Source of the DNA: Alphaproteobacteria bacterium
Lineage (GTDB): Bacteria; Pseudomonadota; Alphaproteobacteria; Micropepsales; Micropepsaceae
Length of the DNA stretch: 64,000 nt
Direction: 5' to 3'
Assembly (NCBI GenBank): GCA_028871895.1
Contig: JAGWLZ010000017.1
Coordinates: forward strand, 15,933 to 79,932
In this document: positions 16,534-25,868 of the stretch, piece by piece
Layout: each line of letters opens with the position of its first letter
Numbering within the stretch: position 1 is the stretch's first letter
Program-made: the position numbers and the translations under genes
The notes under the pieces: model-generated
Told to the model about the DNA's origin: nothing
Seen by the model: only the letters and a program-made list of their open reading frames with translations
Database searches by the model: none

Positions 16534-17883
16534 TCATTTACGGTCCAGCCCTATGGCGTGCAGGTGCCGCTTGACTCGTCTCAAAGCAAACCAGACGAGC
16601 GCGACGACAGGTATGGTGATGGACCCCGTCGCGACTTCCGGGGAAATTTGTGGCAGCACAACGCTGAGACCTTCCGAAATGCCCTTTAGCAAGCCAATGG
16701 CATAATAGCTGATCGCGACCACCGACAGTCCTTCGACCGTGTGCTGAAGGCGCAATTGGAGCGCCACGCGATGATTCATTGAGCGGAGCTGATCCCTGTT
16801 TTGTTTTTCGACGGCGGTGTCTACGCGGGTCCGAAGTAGGGCGCTCGTCCAGGACACGCGTTGCGATAGTTCATCCAGGCGGTTCGAAAAGGAATCGCAG
16901 GTACGTGCGGCCGGCATGAGTCGGCGTTCGGTGAAGTCGGTCAAGCATTGATAACCGGGAACGACACGCACATCGAGGCTTCGCAGCCGGTCGTTGCTGA
17001 GTTGGGCGTAGGCTCTGGTTGCACTCATGCGATACCGTGTGGAAGCTATAAGCTGCGCCAGTTCCGCGCTTAGGAACGAGACCTCTCGGAGCAACTCGTC
17101 GTCTTGTTGCTGTTGTTCGGCGATTGACGCCGTCAATTGAGAAAGCCTTTGATCGAGTTGCGCGACCTGGGGCATCAGACGCTGGGCCTCCGGCAGGCCC
17201 AAAAGCGCCATGTTGCGGTAGTGGCCCTGTTCGAGCAACCTCTGGATCAGGTTAGAAGGTTCGAATCCTCGCATCCCGCGATCAGCGACGATGAGCCGGC
17301 CGAAACCGTCTCCATGGACGTCGAAGTCGGACCAGAGCCTGGCCTTTCCTCCCGCAAGATCGCACACGACGATATCTGGCCGCGAGAAAATGCGTGCAAG
17401 CTCGCCTGTCGTCGGATCCGGTTCGCCCACGGGCAGATAGAGTATTTGCGTTGCCTGGATAGTTCGTCCCGGCAGTGACGCAAACCAGTCAACGGGGAAA
17501 GCCTCTTCCAATTCGTTCAGATTCAACGGCTGCTTGCGACCGCTGGCGACGACGATGAAAGTGCAGAACTCGCTATGGGCTTCGAAGATCAAGTCGAAAG
17601 CCCCGACGCGTTGCACGAAATATTTACCGATCTTCGTAGTGGGCGGTGATGCGACATCGCCGAGTCGTTGGATATGCTCCATACCCAGCTGCGCGATGTG
17701 CGCCTCACCTTGCATGACAAATTGGACGAGACGGGTCGGGCTCTCGAAGTGCGGGATTCTGCGGACATGCATCTCCTCAGAGATGAAGCTGCGCAATGGA
17801 TGATTGGTTGGCGGCACGACGGAACCGGGAATGAACAGGGTTCTTTCCACGGGTGAGCCAGTATTGATTGGACGACGCTTCAC
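16534..17883 (-). CDS. DUF3422 family membrane-anchored protein
   Basis: HPLR..I.EEMHVR, E.HSEF.TF, RLWSDF..H.DGFGRL, QRLLE...YRNMALLGLP.A, LQLRLQ.TVEGLSVVAISYY motifs. Confidence 0.75.
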   Translation of the reverse strand: MKRRPINTGSPVERTLFIPGSVVPPTNHPLRSFISEEMHVRRIPHFESPTRLVQFVMQGEAHIAQLGMEHIQRLGDVASPPTTKIGKYFVQRVGAFDLIFEAHSEFCTFIVVASGRKQPLNLNELEEAFPVDWFASLPGRTIQATQILYLPVGEPDPTTGELARIFSRPDIVVCDLAGGKARLWSDFDVHGDGFGRLIVADRGMRGFEPSNLIQRLLEQGHYRNMALLGLPEAQRLMPQVAQLDQRLSQLTASIAEQQQQDDELLREVSFLSAELAQLIASTRYRMSATRAYAQLSNDRLRSLDVRVVPGYQCLTDFTERRLMPAARTCDSFSNRLDELSQRVSWTSALLRTRVDTAVEKQNRDQLRSMNHRVALQLRLQHTVEGLSVVAISYYAIGLLKGISEGLSVVLPQISPEVATGSITIPVVALVWFALRRVKRHLHAIGLDRK

Positions 17884-17983
17884 TGCAAGTTCTCAACCCA
17901 AGATGCCCAGCGGCCCAATGTTACCGATGTATAATCCGATGAGGTGATTGGTCCCACGGTATGGCAAGGTGGACTTGGCATGA

Positions 17984-19162
17984 CTAGACGTGAGCTTCTG
18001 GCTTTAGCAGTTTGAGCGACCAAAACCCGAGAAACTCTCCAGACGGTGCGAGTTCAAGCGTTCCATTCAATTTTTGGGAGATATTGCATTGCTCAAGATA
18101 CGCAATAATTTGATGCCAGTCATCGGACCCCGGTTCGATCACGTAAACGGAACCATCAGGACGGAGCCGGCAGGGAACTATGCCCACTTCATGTACTCCA
18201 TCCTTTGTCGCACTAACCAAAGCCATCGTCGTCATTCGTGTATCGGGATGCATTGGGAGATATGGCCAACCTTCTCGGGGAGCTACAGCGTACGGAGCTT
18301 TCCAAATATCACCCGAAGACATCTCCGTGAGGAACCTTTCGAGCTCTTCCGCTGACATTCCAAGTTTGAAGTCAAATACAAAATGGCCAAGCCCGTAGAG
18401 AATTGGACACCCTTTATACCACTCCATGCCGCGCAAAGTATGATGGTGATGACCAACGACCATGTCGGCGCCGACATCAATGCAATATCGCGCGGTTCGC
18501 AACTCATGGTCAGATAGATGGTGGGGGCGGCTTTGGTCACCAGCATGAACACTGACGACTACCAAATCCGCCAGCTCCTTTGCACCACGAATATCCCTAG
18601 CCAAGTTCATCATGTCAGATTCGTCAGGAACGGTCGCCGAAATAGGCTGAGCGCCAGGCATGTGTAGGCGTGATATTGGCGTGCGCCACACGTCGTATGC
18701 GCGAATTGGCACCAATCCGGGGATGTTGGCGTAAGCTTCGTACCCCCAGGGGAAAATGCTAGAATAGCCAAGATAAGCTACTGTAAGCCCCTCTGCGCGC
18801 ACCAACGCTGGGGTTCGAGCATCGGAAATATTCTCACCGGCGCCACAAGTTTGTATCCCCTGCTTCCGAAGCCTAGATCTATTTTCAAGCATGGCATCGG
18901 AGCCCACATCAAGTATATGGTTGTTAGCGAGTGAAAGGACGTCAAATCCAACTTTCGAGAACACGTCGAGGTTTGCACCCGCGCCACTAATCATCGCCGA
19001 CATTCCGGAAGCAGGATAAGGAGTGTCCGTATAGGCACCTTCCATGTTACCAAAAAGAATGTCAGGCGCTTTCAAAAGCGCCTGTACGTCGCGAAACGGT
19101 GCTAGAGCGTCTTCACGATTCACAAGCAAGTCGCCTACGAATCCGAGGTTGATGGTCTTCAT
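17984..19162 (-). CDS. CapA/PGA_cap-family metallophosphoesterase-fold protein
   Basis: GDLL, FGNMEG, FDVLSLANNHILD.G, VVSVHAG, VVGHHHH, ILYGLGHFVF. Confidence 0.85.
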   Translation of the reverse strand: MKTINLGFVGDLLVNREDALAPFRDVQALLKAPDILFGNMEGAYTDTPYPASGMSAMISGAGANLDVFSKVGFDVLSLANNHILDVGSDAMLENRSRLRKQGIQTCGAGENISDARTPALVRAEGLTVAYLGYSSIFPWGYEAYANIPGLVPIRAYDVWRTPISRLHMPGAQPISATVPDESDMMNLARDIRGAKELADLVVVSVHAGDQSRPHHLSDHELRTARYCIDVGADMVVGHHHHTLRGMEWYKGCPILYGLGHFVFDFKLGMSAEELERFLTEMSSGDIWKAPYAVAPREGWPYLPMHPDTRMTTMALVSATKDGVHEVGIVPCRLRPDGSVYVIEPGSDDWHQIIAYLEQCNISQKLNGTLELAPSGEFLGFWSLKLLKPEAHV

Positions 19163-19251
19163 GAGTGACTCACTCTTTTTCTGCCAGAACCTGCGCTGGT
19201 CCGTGTTGGTGCCCATTTATGGGAACTCAGAAGCACCTTTATCTACTCACG

Positions 19252-20244
19252 TTAGGAGCTTTGAGCGTCATCATATCTGTTGTGGCCGAGAGACGAGCCA
19301 TGCGCCGCACCGCCGCCATCGAGTATGAGCGCCGCTGCAGCCCAATCCTCAATTGCGGTCCCGACCGACTTGAAGACGATTATCTCATCGTCCGATTTCC
19401 GGCCCTGCACTCGACCACGAATTAACTCAGCCAACTCGCCTTCAATCTGAGATCTACAGATGATGCCCCTATTGAGGGGGCCAATTATGTCACCAGCTTC
19501 TTCTAGCGCTCCAGCGTATGTGTCCACAAAAATGCGCGCTCTGGAAATCAGAACATCGTCGGCTTCACGCTTGGCTGGCGAGAAGCTTCCTATGAGGTCG
19601 ACAAATGTTCCAGGCCTTACCCAGTCGCCATCCAGTACCGGAACCGCGCTATTTGTAGCACAGGACACAATGTCAGCTTGACCTACGGCGGCCGCAATAT
19701 CCATTCGCTGTTCTATTTCAACGTGAGGCACCAGGGCGTGAATGCCGGCGGCGGCGATTTGGACCAGATCGGAACTGCGTCCACATATGCACACGTTGCG
19801 AATTTGACGTACCAAGCAGTGGGCAGCTACGTGTGTTGGGACGATAGGGCCGTCCCCGATAATGACGAGACGTGCACTGTCCATTCGTGACAAATATCTC
19901 GACGCTAATGCGGACGCGGCGGCGGTCCTGAGATGAGTCAAACTAGTTCCATCCATGATGGCAACTGGGGTTCCATATTCGGAAAGCACAAGGACAACCG
20001 CTTGAATATTAGGTAACTTCCTTTCTCTATTGTTTGGTAGAACGGTGAAGAGTTTCACCACACTCAATCCGTTACGCTTGAACGCTGGCATTGCGACTAG
20101 GAGACCATCGTCGCCCTCTGTCGAAAAGTTGAAAGCGTGTCGGTTGGGAACATCGAGCTCCTCGACAAATGCCCGCTCAAGCGCCGTAATCAACGCGCCA
20201 AGAGGAGCACGGGTTTGAATCTGTGCTGCGCTATAATACTCCAT
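19252..20244 (-). CDS. Ornithine cyclodeaminase / mu-crystallin family (imine reductase, DauB/LhpI-like)
   Basis: MPAF, VKLFTV.PNN, DGT.LT.LRTAAASALA..YL, ADIVSCAT, G.F.P..RE.D, FKSVG.AIED. Confidence 0.88.
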   Translation of the reverse strand: MEYYSAAQIQTRAPLGALITALERAFVEELDVPNRHAFNFSTEGDDGLLVAMPAFKRNGLSVVKLFTVLPNNRERKLPNIQAVVLVLSEYGTPVAIMDGTSLTHLRTAAASALASRYLSRMDSARLVIIGDGPIVPTHVAAHCLVRQIRNVCICGRSSDLVQIAAAGIHALVPHVEIEQRMDIAAAVGQADIVSCATNSAVPVLDGDWVRPGTFVDLIGSFSPAKREADDVLISRARIFVDTYAGALEEAGDIIGPLNRGIICRSQIEGELAELIRGRVQGRKSDDEIIVFKSVGTAIEDWAAAALILDGGGAAHGSSLGHNRYDDAQSS

Positions 20245-21538
20245 CCCCGTTTCTCCTAGGATATTTGGCGCGAGTCGTCTTTTGACCAAATCGAGCAAGT
20301 GAATAGGCGGATGCGTCAACGGTAGGTGCCTTTTCATCAAGTAAGTCAGCTAAGAGTTCCGCAGAGCCGGCTGCTGTTGTCCAACCTAAGTGACCGTGAC
20401 CGCAGTTGACATAAAGATTCGCTATTGGTGTCGCGCTCACAATTGGTACGCCGTCGGTCGACATGGGCCTTAAACCACACCATGGTCGAATTCGTGCTGT
20501 GCTCATCGGTAGAATGGGGAGAATTTGGCTTAATTGAGTAGCGAGGTTGCTTAAGCGAGCTTTGCGCAAAGATAGATCAAAACCAGCGAATTCCGCCGTG
20601 CCAGCAACGCGCAAGTCACTACCAAGTGGTACGACCACCACATGAAGCGAGTCGTCAACTAGTGGCGCTCGCAAGGCACAGTGTGATAAGCCGTCAAATA
20701 CGGTCAGCGAGTAACCTTTGACAGGTGTCACCGGGAGATTTAGTCCTGAGAGCTGCAACAAGGGGCTAATGTAGCTTCCTGCTGCAATTACGTACCGGTC
20801 TGCCCGCAGCCTCTGGTCAACCAGATCGAGACACACTAACTGACCGTGTTCTACTCTTAGCGGACCAACTGTCTGGTTGAACAGAAACGCTGCGCCCTCG
20901 GCCTTCGCACGTTCTGCCAAGGCAACGCAAAACTGATAGGCGTCCCCAGTCTCATCTTCGGGATACAGAATTGCGCCCGCGATACCTTTAGATATTGGGG
21001 CCAGCGCAGGTTCGAAAGCCAATAACTCAGGCAGAGTTAGACGCCGTGACTGAATGCCTTCATCTGCTAGGGCTGCAGCGACCTCCAGAGCTTCTTCATG
21101 TGCCTTGTGATTGCGGAACAACTTCAAGGTCCCACGCTCACTTCGGCAATACGAAATACCTGTGACAGCTCGCCATTGCCCCAGGATGTTCAAAGAATAT
21201 TGGGCAAGTCGGAGGTTCTTAACCCGGTTGCGTTTAAAAGCGACTGGGTTAGCGCTTTTTAGAAATGACGGACCCCAGCGAGTCAAAGAGGGCAATGCTT
21301 TCAAGCGGAGCTGAAGAGGAGAATCTTCACGACAGAGCGAACCCAGCAACACCTTCCAGCAACCTGGGGCGTTCCAGGGATCTGCCATGCTCGGTGTCAG
21401 TAAGGCACCATTGGCGTAAGTAGTTTCCAAACCCGGCGCACTGCGGCGCTCTATCACAATGACGTCATGTCCCCGTTTTGCTAAGGCATAAGCAGACGAT
21501 ACACCTATGATACCAGCTCCAATGATTACGACTTTCAT
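20231..21538 (-). CDS. FAD-dependent D-amino acid dehydrogenase (DadA/DauA family)
   Basis: VVIIGAGIIGVSSAY.LA..G.DV.VIER, ET.YANG, PVKGYSLT, RVAGTAEFAG, WCGLRPMS.DG.P, GHGHLGWT.AAGS. Confidence 0.9.
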   Translation of the reverse strand: MKVVIIGAGIIGVSSAYALAKRGHDVIVIERRSAPGLETTYANGALLTPSMADPWNAPGCWKVLLGSLCREDSPLQLRLKALPSLTRWGPSFLKSANPVAFKRNRVKNLRLAQYSLNILGQWRAVTGISYCRSERGTLKLFRNHKAHEEALEVAAALADEGIQSRRLTLPELLAFEPALAPISKGIAGAILYPEDETGDAYQFCVALAERAKAEGAAFLFNQTVGPLRVEHGQLVCLDLVDQRLRADRYVIAAGSYISPLLQLSGLNLPVTPVKGYSLTVFDGLSHCALRAPLVDDSLHVVVVPLGSDLRVAGTAEFAGFDLSLRKARLSNLATQLSQILPILPMSTARIRPWCGLRPMSTDGVPIVSATPIANLYVNCGHGHLGWTTAAGSAELLADLLDEKAPTVDASAYSLARFGQKTTRAKYPRRNGDGVL

Positions 21539-22560
21539 GAGTGCCAAACCGTTTGAGCGACACGAAGCCAGTTTTTGCCCAAGACGCCGCGTACAGATTC
21601 GTCATCTAATCCGGATTGCGATAGCTGATCGGCGATTTCAGTCAACGCTTCAGGCGGTATCATCTTAAGCTCAGTCAGCCCTAGATCGGTCGGAAAGTGT
21701 TGAGGGTTTTCACGTATGGCAGCTTCTAGCTCAGCGGTGTCGAAGACATAGTCCAAGCCCATTCCTACATGTTTCGGCCCAACCACATCGATGGCATATC
21801 GAACATGGTCGACAAAGCGTCTAACGAGATTGACGGATGTACCCAGAAATAGATTTATGCCGGTGATTCCGACCACGCCGCCCGTCGCCGCACATTGCTT
21901 CATCAGTGCGTCGGATACATTTCTTGGATGCGTATGCATCGCCGCAGGATTGGAATGCGACAGTATTACTGGATTGCGGGAATAATCGATCGCCTCTGAA
22001 GCAGTTCGGCTCCCAGTGTGACTAACACAAAGCACCATGCCGGCGCGCTCCATGGCATCTATGAGTCGCCGTCCACAAGGTGTCAGCCCTCCATCGTCAT
22101 CCAGGCATCCGCCGCCAGCGGCGTTACTATAATTGTAAGCAACCAGCATCCATCGTACACCTAGCGAATATAGAACTTCGACGAGGGCGGGGTCTTGCTG
22201 AACAGGGTACATACCCTCAACATCAAATGTGATCCCAAGCTTTCCATCATTGAAACAGGATATTATGTCAGGAACTCGTTCTATCAGACGATAGGTCTGC
22301 GGATTTTTGCTGATCCAATCGCGCATGTGGTTGATAGTGGCAAGATCATCTTGCAGAGTCTTTTCCGCATAGCCAACGTTGATCGAAACGACCCGAAATC
22401 CCGCCCTCCTGTAGCGCTCCAACTGCGGAAGATAGTTATCTTTGGGTAGTAGCGGCAGACATCCATGATTATCCCAGACCAATGATGTACGCACGAGTTC
22501 CGCCCCGCGACAGTGTAGAGGATGTTGCCGGGTTATGATGTTTACGTCCCTAACCATCAC
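21535..22560 (-). CDS. Membrane/renal dipeptidase family (M19)
   Basis: WDNHG, DVEG, GVRWM...YN, GLT..GR.LI..M...GM...SH, SHSN, HPRN, GGVVG, G.GLDY. Confidence 0.85.
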   Translation of the reverse strand: MMVRDVNIITRQHPLHCRGAELVRTSLVWDNHGCLPLLPKDNYLPQLERYRRAGFRVVSINVGYAEKTLQDDLATINHMRDWISKNPQTYRLIERVPDIISCFNDGKLGITFDVEGMYPVQQDPALVEVLYSLGVRWMLVAYNYSNAAGGGCLDDDGGLTPCGRRLIDAMERAGMVLCVSHTGSRTASEAIDYSRNPVILSHSNPAAMHTHPRNVSDALMKQCAATGGVVGITGINLFLGTSVNLVRRFVDHVRYAIDVVGPKHVGMGLDYVFDTAELEAAIRENPQHFPTDLGLTELKMIPPEALTEIADQLSQSGLDDESVRGVLGKNWLRVAQTVWHS

Positions 22561-24445
22561 TGCGGGACCTCGCTTGATTGGGGGCGCCCATTAGAATAGA
22601 GAGAATTAGCCGAGATGGCGTATTCTTTCCGTATAGAACCGTCTGCTTGGCGGGAATCGGTAACCCGACTTTTCCGCCGCGGTTTGTATTGCGATCAAAT
22701 CTGGGGAAATCCGACGAGCAGATACTCAACCGAAGACGGTGACCAGACATAAAGCGATGCGCTGTGGCCCACATATCGATTTCTAAGCGGTGTACATTTC
22801 CTGGCGTGAGTTGTGTTGGTATCGCGGAACGAAAGCGGGAACGTAATATTCCACTTTGAATTAGGATTGCGCGCCCATCTGGGCCGACGTCGGAAAGGTG
22901 CGAAACAAAGTCAGTATCGCGCACCGTCGACCGGACATACAGTTCCAAACGAAGATCCCCCACCACATCAAGTGGCGTGTCCAGAACTGGCGTCGTGTAA
23001 GTCAGGACATCGGGTCGGCTGTCGAGTATAGAAATGTCGGTGCTACCGCCTACATATACATTCGATAAGATGCTTCCACCGAGTGTAGGCGTTGGATTTC
23101 GCGGGTCGTAAACAAAGCTCTCTTCTGCTGAGCCCGAATGCTGGTCACGGCTGAGACCAGCGTCGGGCGCCAAATACAAAGACAATTTATTGGTTTCTGC
23201 TGGGGGCCAAGACCGAGCGGCCCGCCATTCGTTTGCTCCCATCAAATAATAAATAACCTTCGGCCACCAAGATAATTTTCCTGATTGTACCGCGTCGAAC
23301 CAGCGTAGCAGTAATCCAACAATCTGATCAGTTCGGTACGTGCGCTGTAGTTCCGGGTGGCAGAACAATCCTTCATGGTAGCCGGGCCCGTTGTGAGCTC
23401 CAGGAGTTATGATCAGACGACACGTACTTGCAACGGCAGAGCGGCCCTCGCGGTTGAGCAATCGCCACGTCGCCAAAGCATCGTTCAAGCACCAGTCATA
23501 CCATCCAGTGACAATAAGAGGGGGAGCCAGAATCGATTGACACCTTGCTGTCTGCGATACAGCCGGCAAGGTGTGAGCATCGTGTGGTACAGCGTGGCCA
23601 AAGAGTTCCGCCAACCGCTCAACTTCAACAATGGTCACATTTTTGACGTTAAATGCCTTTTTGACGAGTCCTGCGCGCTGGGCGCTCGTGAGTGAGCAGT
23701 ATTTCGCCCACAGCCAACTTTGCGCCTCCGCATGCTTTAGGGATCCAAGTTCGGGGTAAACGTCGATAAGGGCCGGAGGAAACGGCTTCTCGAACGGTTC
23801 GTTATAGAAACCGCCCTTCAGCGTCTGCTCGAGCATTTCGCGCTCGGTCACCGCAAGTGGCTTGAGGTTTTTTCCTACGCCCTTACCTACGGATTTTGCG
23901 TAGGAGTCTAGAAATAGATAAAGATGCGCTGTATTCGAGGCGACCCCGAGCCCACTTACTTCTGGCGCGATGGTCGACATTTTGGGATGCGTTGCCATGC
24001 ACCACTGTGTCTGCCCGGCGTAAGATCCCCCACAAGATCCCAAAAAGCCATTATACCACCGTTGCTGTGCCGCCCATTCAACGCAGTCATAGCTGTCTTC
24101 CGCCTCATACATGTAGTAGTCCCAGGCGTCTGGTTGACTGTCTCCGGTACCTCGGCAATCTTGAGCAACGACGACATAACCCCGGCGTGCCAATACCAAG
24201 AACACCCCAATATTCTTGTCATTCGCACGACCATAAGGCGTCCGAAAAATAATAGCCGGCGCCGGGCATGTACCAGACAGATAAACGTCAGTTGCCAGTT
24301 CCACACCGTCGCGCATGGTAACCATCTCTGTTGTGCAACGAACTTGATCAGGCCCCAGGCAGGGCTTCGGTAAGACTCCAAATGTGAGCGTTTCCTCCAA
24401 AGCAGGTGATATGATAGGTAGTTTTACCTGGGTCACAGAGTCCAT
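22550..24445 (-). CDS. CocE/NonD-family serine hydrolase (S15-like)
   Basis: MRDGVELATDVY, RTPYG, GYVVVAQDCRGTGDS, GGSYAG nucleophile, GWYD, YDP.NPTPTLGG, GHRLRL.I.SSDFPRFDRN.N. Confidence 0.9.
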   Translation of the reverse strand: MDSVTQVKLPIISPALEETLTFGVLPKPCLGPDQVRCTTEMVTMRDGVELATDVYLSGTCPAPAIIFRTPYGRANDKNIGVFLVLARRGYVVVAQDCRGTGDSQPDAWDYYMYEAEDSYDCVEWAAQQRWYNGFLGSCGGSYAGQTQWCMATHPKMSTIAPEVSGLGVASNTAHLYLFLDSYAKSVGKGVGKNLKPLAVTEREMLEQTLKGGFYNEPFEKPFPPALIDVYPELGSLKHAEAQSWLWAKYCSLTSAQRAGLVKKAFNVKNVTIVEVERLAELFGHAVPHDAHTLPAVSQTARCQSILAPPLIVTGWYDWCLNDALATWRLLNREGRSAVASTCRLIITPGAHNGPGYHEGLFCHPELQRTYRTDQIVGLLLRWFDAVQSGKLSWWPKVIYYLMGANEWRAARSWPPAETNKLSLYLAPDAGLSRDQHSGSAEESFVYDPRNPTPTLGGSILSNVYVGGSTDISILDSRPDVLTYTTPVLDTPLDVVGDLRLELYVRSTVRDTDFVSHLSDVGPDGRAILIQSGILRSRFRSAIPTQLTPGNVHRLEIDMWATAHRFMSGHRLRLSICSSDFPRFDRNTNRGGKVGLPIPAKQTVLYGKNTPSRLILSILMGAPNQARSRSDG

Positions 24446-24452
24446 AGCAGAT

Positions 24453-25868
24453 CTACCCAGCAGCCATTGGCCGACGAATAACTTCCTCGATCACTGCATT
24501 GAGCACCGTCAACCCACTACCTAATTGTACTCGCACTAGCGTGTCGTGGTCGGTTACCTGCGCTTCCGAGAATTTTACATAACGTTGAATATCTGCGATG
24601 GCCTCGTCAAAGGCTTTGTCCAAGCGCGCGATGGCACTTTGCATCACTGTCGTCTGGCGCGACACCTTCATCAACCGCACATATTGGTACATTTGGCAGA
24701 GACCCCAGAAGCCCCCATCTACAATGATGGCCTGAAACAAATCTTGTTCAGTCGCGATTTTGTTGTGCTGTGGATTAAACAGCACGTCCCGCGTGGGATG
24801 CAGAGACATGGGCCGCCCTCCTTCTGGCAAGAAATCTCGATTAGGGAATGCGCCGCCAGCTATGGCAGCACGATAGAGCGGACTCTCCTTATCGAGATCA
24901 GTTTCGACCTTTTTCCACTCCTCTAATAAAATTGTCGCAAGATATTTTCCGTCCGCATCAACGCGGAGTTTGAATTTGCGTAGCGGAATTTCTGTTTTGC
25001 GCTTGGATTCGTCCATTGGATGTCGGACATAGCCAAGTTCCGCCACCATCGTCAGAGCCAGTGGTTTGATTTCTTCCAAATAGTCCCAGCTGGACGCGCC
25101 GTAAGGCAGCAACTCTTCGGGACGAGGATTTGAACCAGCCAAATGATCGTAGTGACGCTTGACACTCCAGATTTGACTTATGCCAGCGCCGTAACTTGGG
25201 CAAACCTCTTTCCATATTGGGTTAGTTTGCAAGGGGAAGTGTTGCGACTTGAGAAATTCGTGCAGCTTTTTGTGATAACGATGATCTATATCGCGGTTGA
25301 ATTGGAAGAATGCTCCACCAGTCCAAGCATTATGGAGAGAAAAGAAAAAATCGGGTTTTTCTGCGTCTAAGATTCCTTTGAGCACCTTCGCTTCCAAAGA
25401 GGGGCGCGACCATCTCAAACGTTTGTGATTCACGGGGAAAGAGACGTCGACTTGGTCACCGGGCGCCTGGACATAAAAGTTTCTCATATAGTTTTCGAGG
25501 GAAAATGGCTTAAGGCTCCAAGCTTCGTTTAGTTGTGCTCCATCGGGATCGATGCATGGGACGATATGCCATTCCACATCAGCCTTAGACAGTTCAGCGT
25601 TTCCTTGCTCCAACAGCGATAATATCCCAACGACCGTCAGTCCACAGATTGGCTCCTTGCAGTGGGGATATCCCAGGAGAAGTACCTTTGTTCTACCATT
25701 TCCAAACCGGATTTGGTGAATGGGCTGCTCCTGCGCGCTGTAACCCGCAACACGAACGTCAAATCGGTCGTCATGCGCCAATCGTTCTGCGATTTCGTGC
25801 AGTTGTCGTACCGAACAAAAAGTGTCGAAGTGAGGAAGGTGATCGATAACCTTCTGAACATCGATCAT
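24453..25868 (-). CDS. M14-type zinc carboxypeptidase/amidase
   Basis: G.S....PI..I.FG.G, PHCKEP (HxxE), VPCIDPDG, FFFSLHN. ATGA overlap with MFS stop. Confidence 0.78.
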   Translation of the reverse strand: MIDVQKVIDHLPHFDTFCSVRQLHEIAERLAHDDRFDVRVAGYSAQEQPIHQIRFGNGRTKVLLLGYPHCKEPICGLTVVGILSLLEQGNAELSKADVEWHIVPCIDPDGAQLNEAWSLKPFSLENYMRNFYVQAPGDQVDVSFPVNHKRLRWSRPSLEAKVLKGILDAEKPDFFFSLHNAWTGGAFFQFNRDIDHRYHKKLHEFLKSQHFPLQTNPIWKEVCPSYGAGISQIWSVKRHYDHLAGSNPRPEELLPYGASSWDYLEEIKPLALTMVAELGYVRHPMDESKRKTEIPLRKFKLRVDADGKYLATILLEEWKKVETDLDKESPLYRAAIAGGAFPNRDFLPEGGRPMSLHPTRDVLFNPQHNKIATEQDLFQAIIVDGGFWGLCQMYQYVRLMKVSRQTTVMQSAIARLDKAFDEAIADIQRYVKFSEAQVTDHDTLVRVQLGSGLTVLNAVIEEVIRRPMAAG

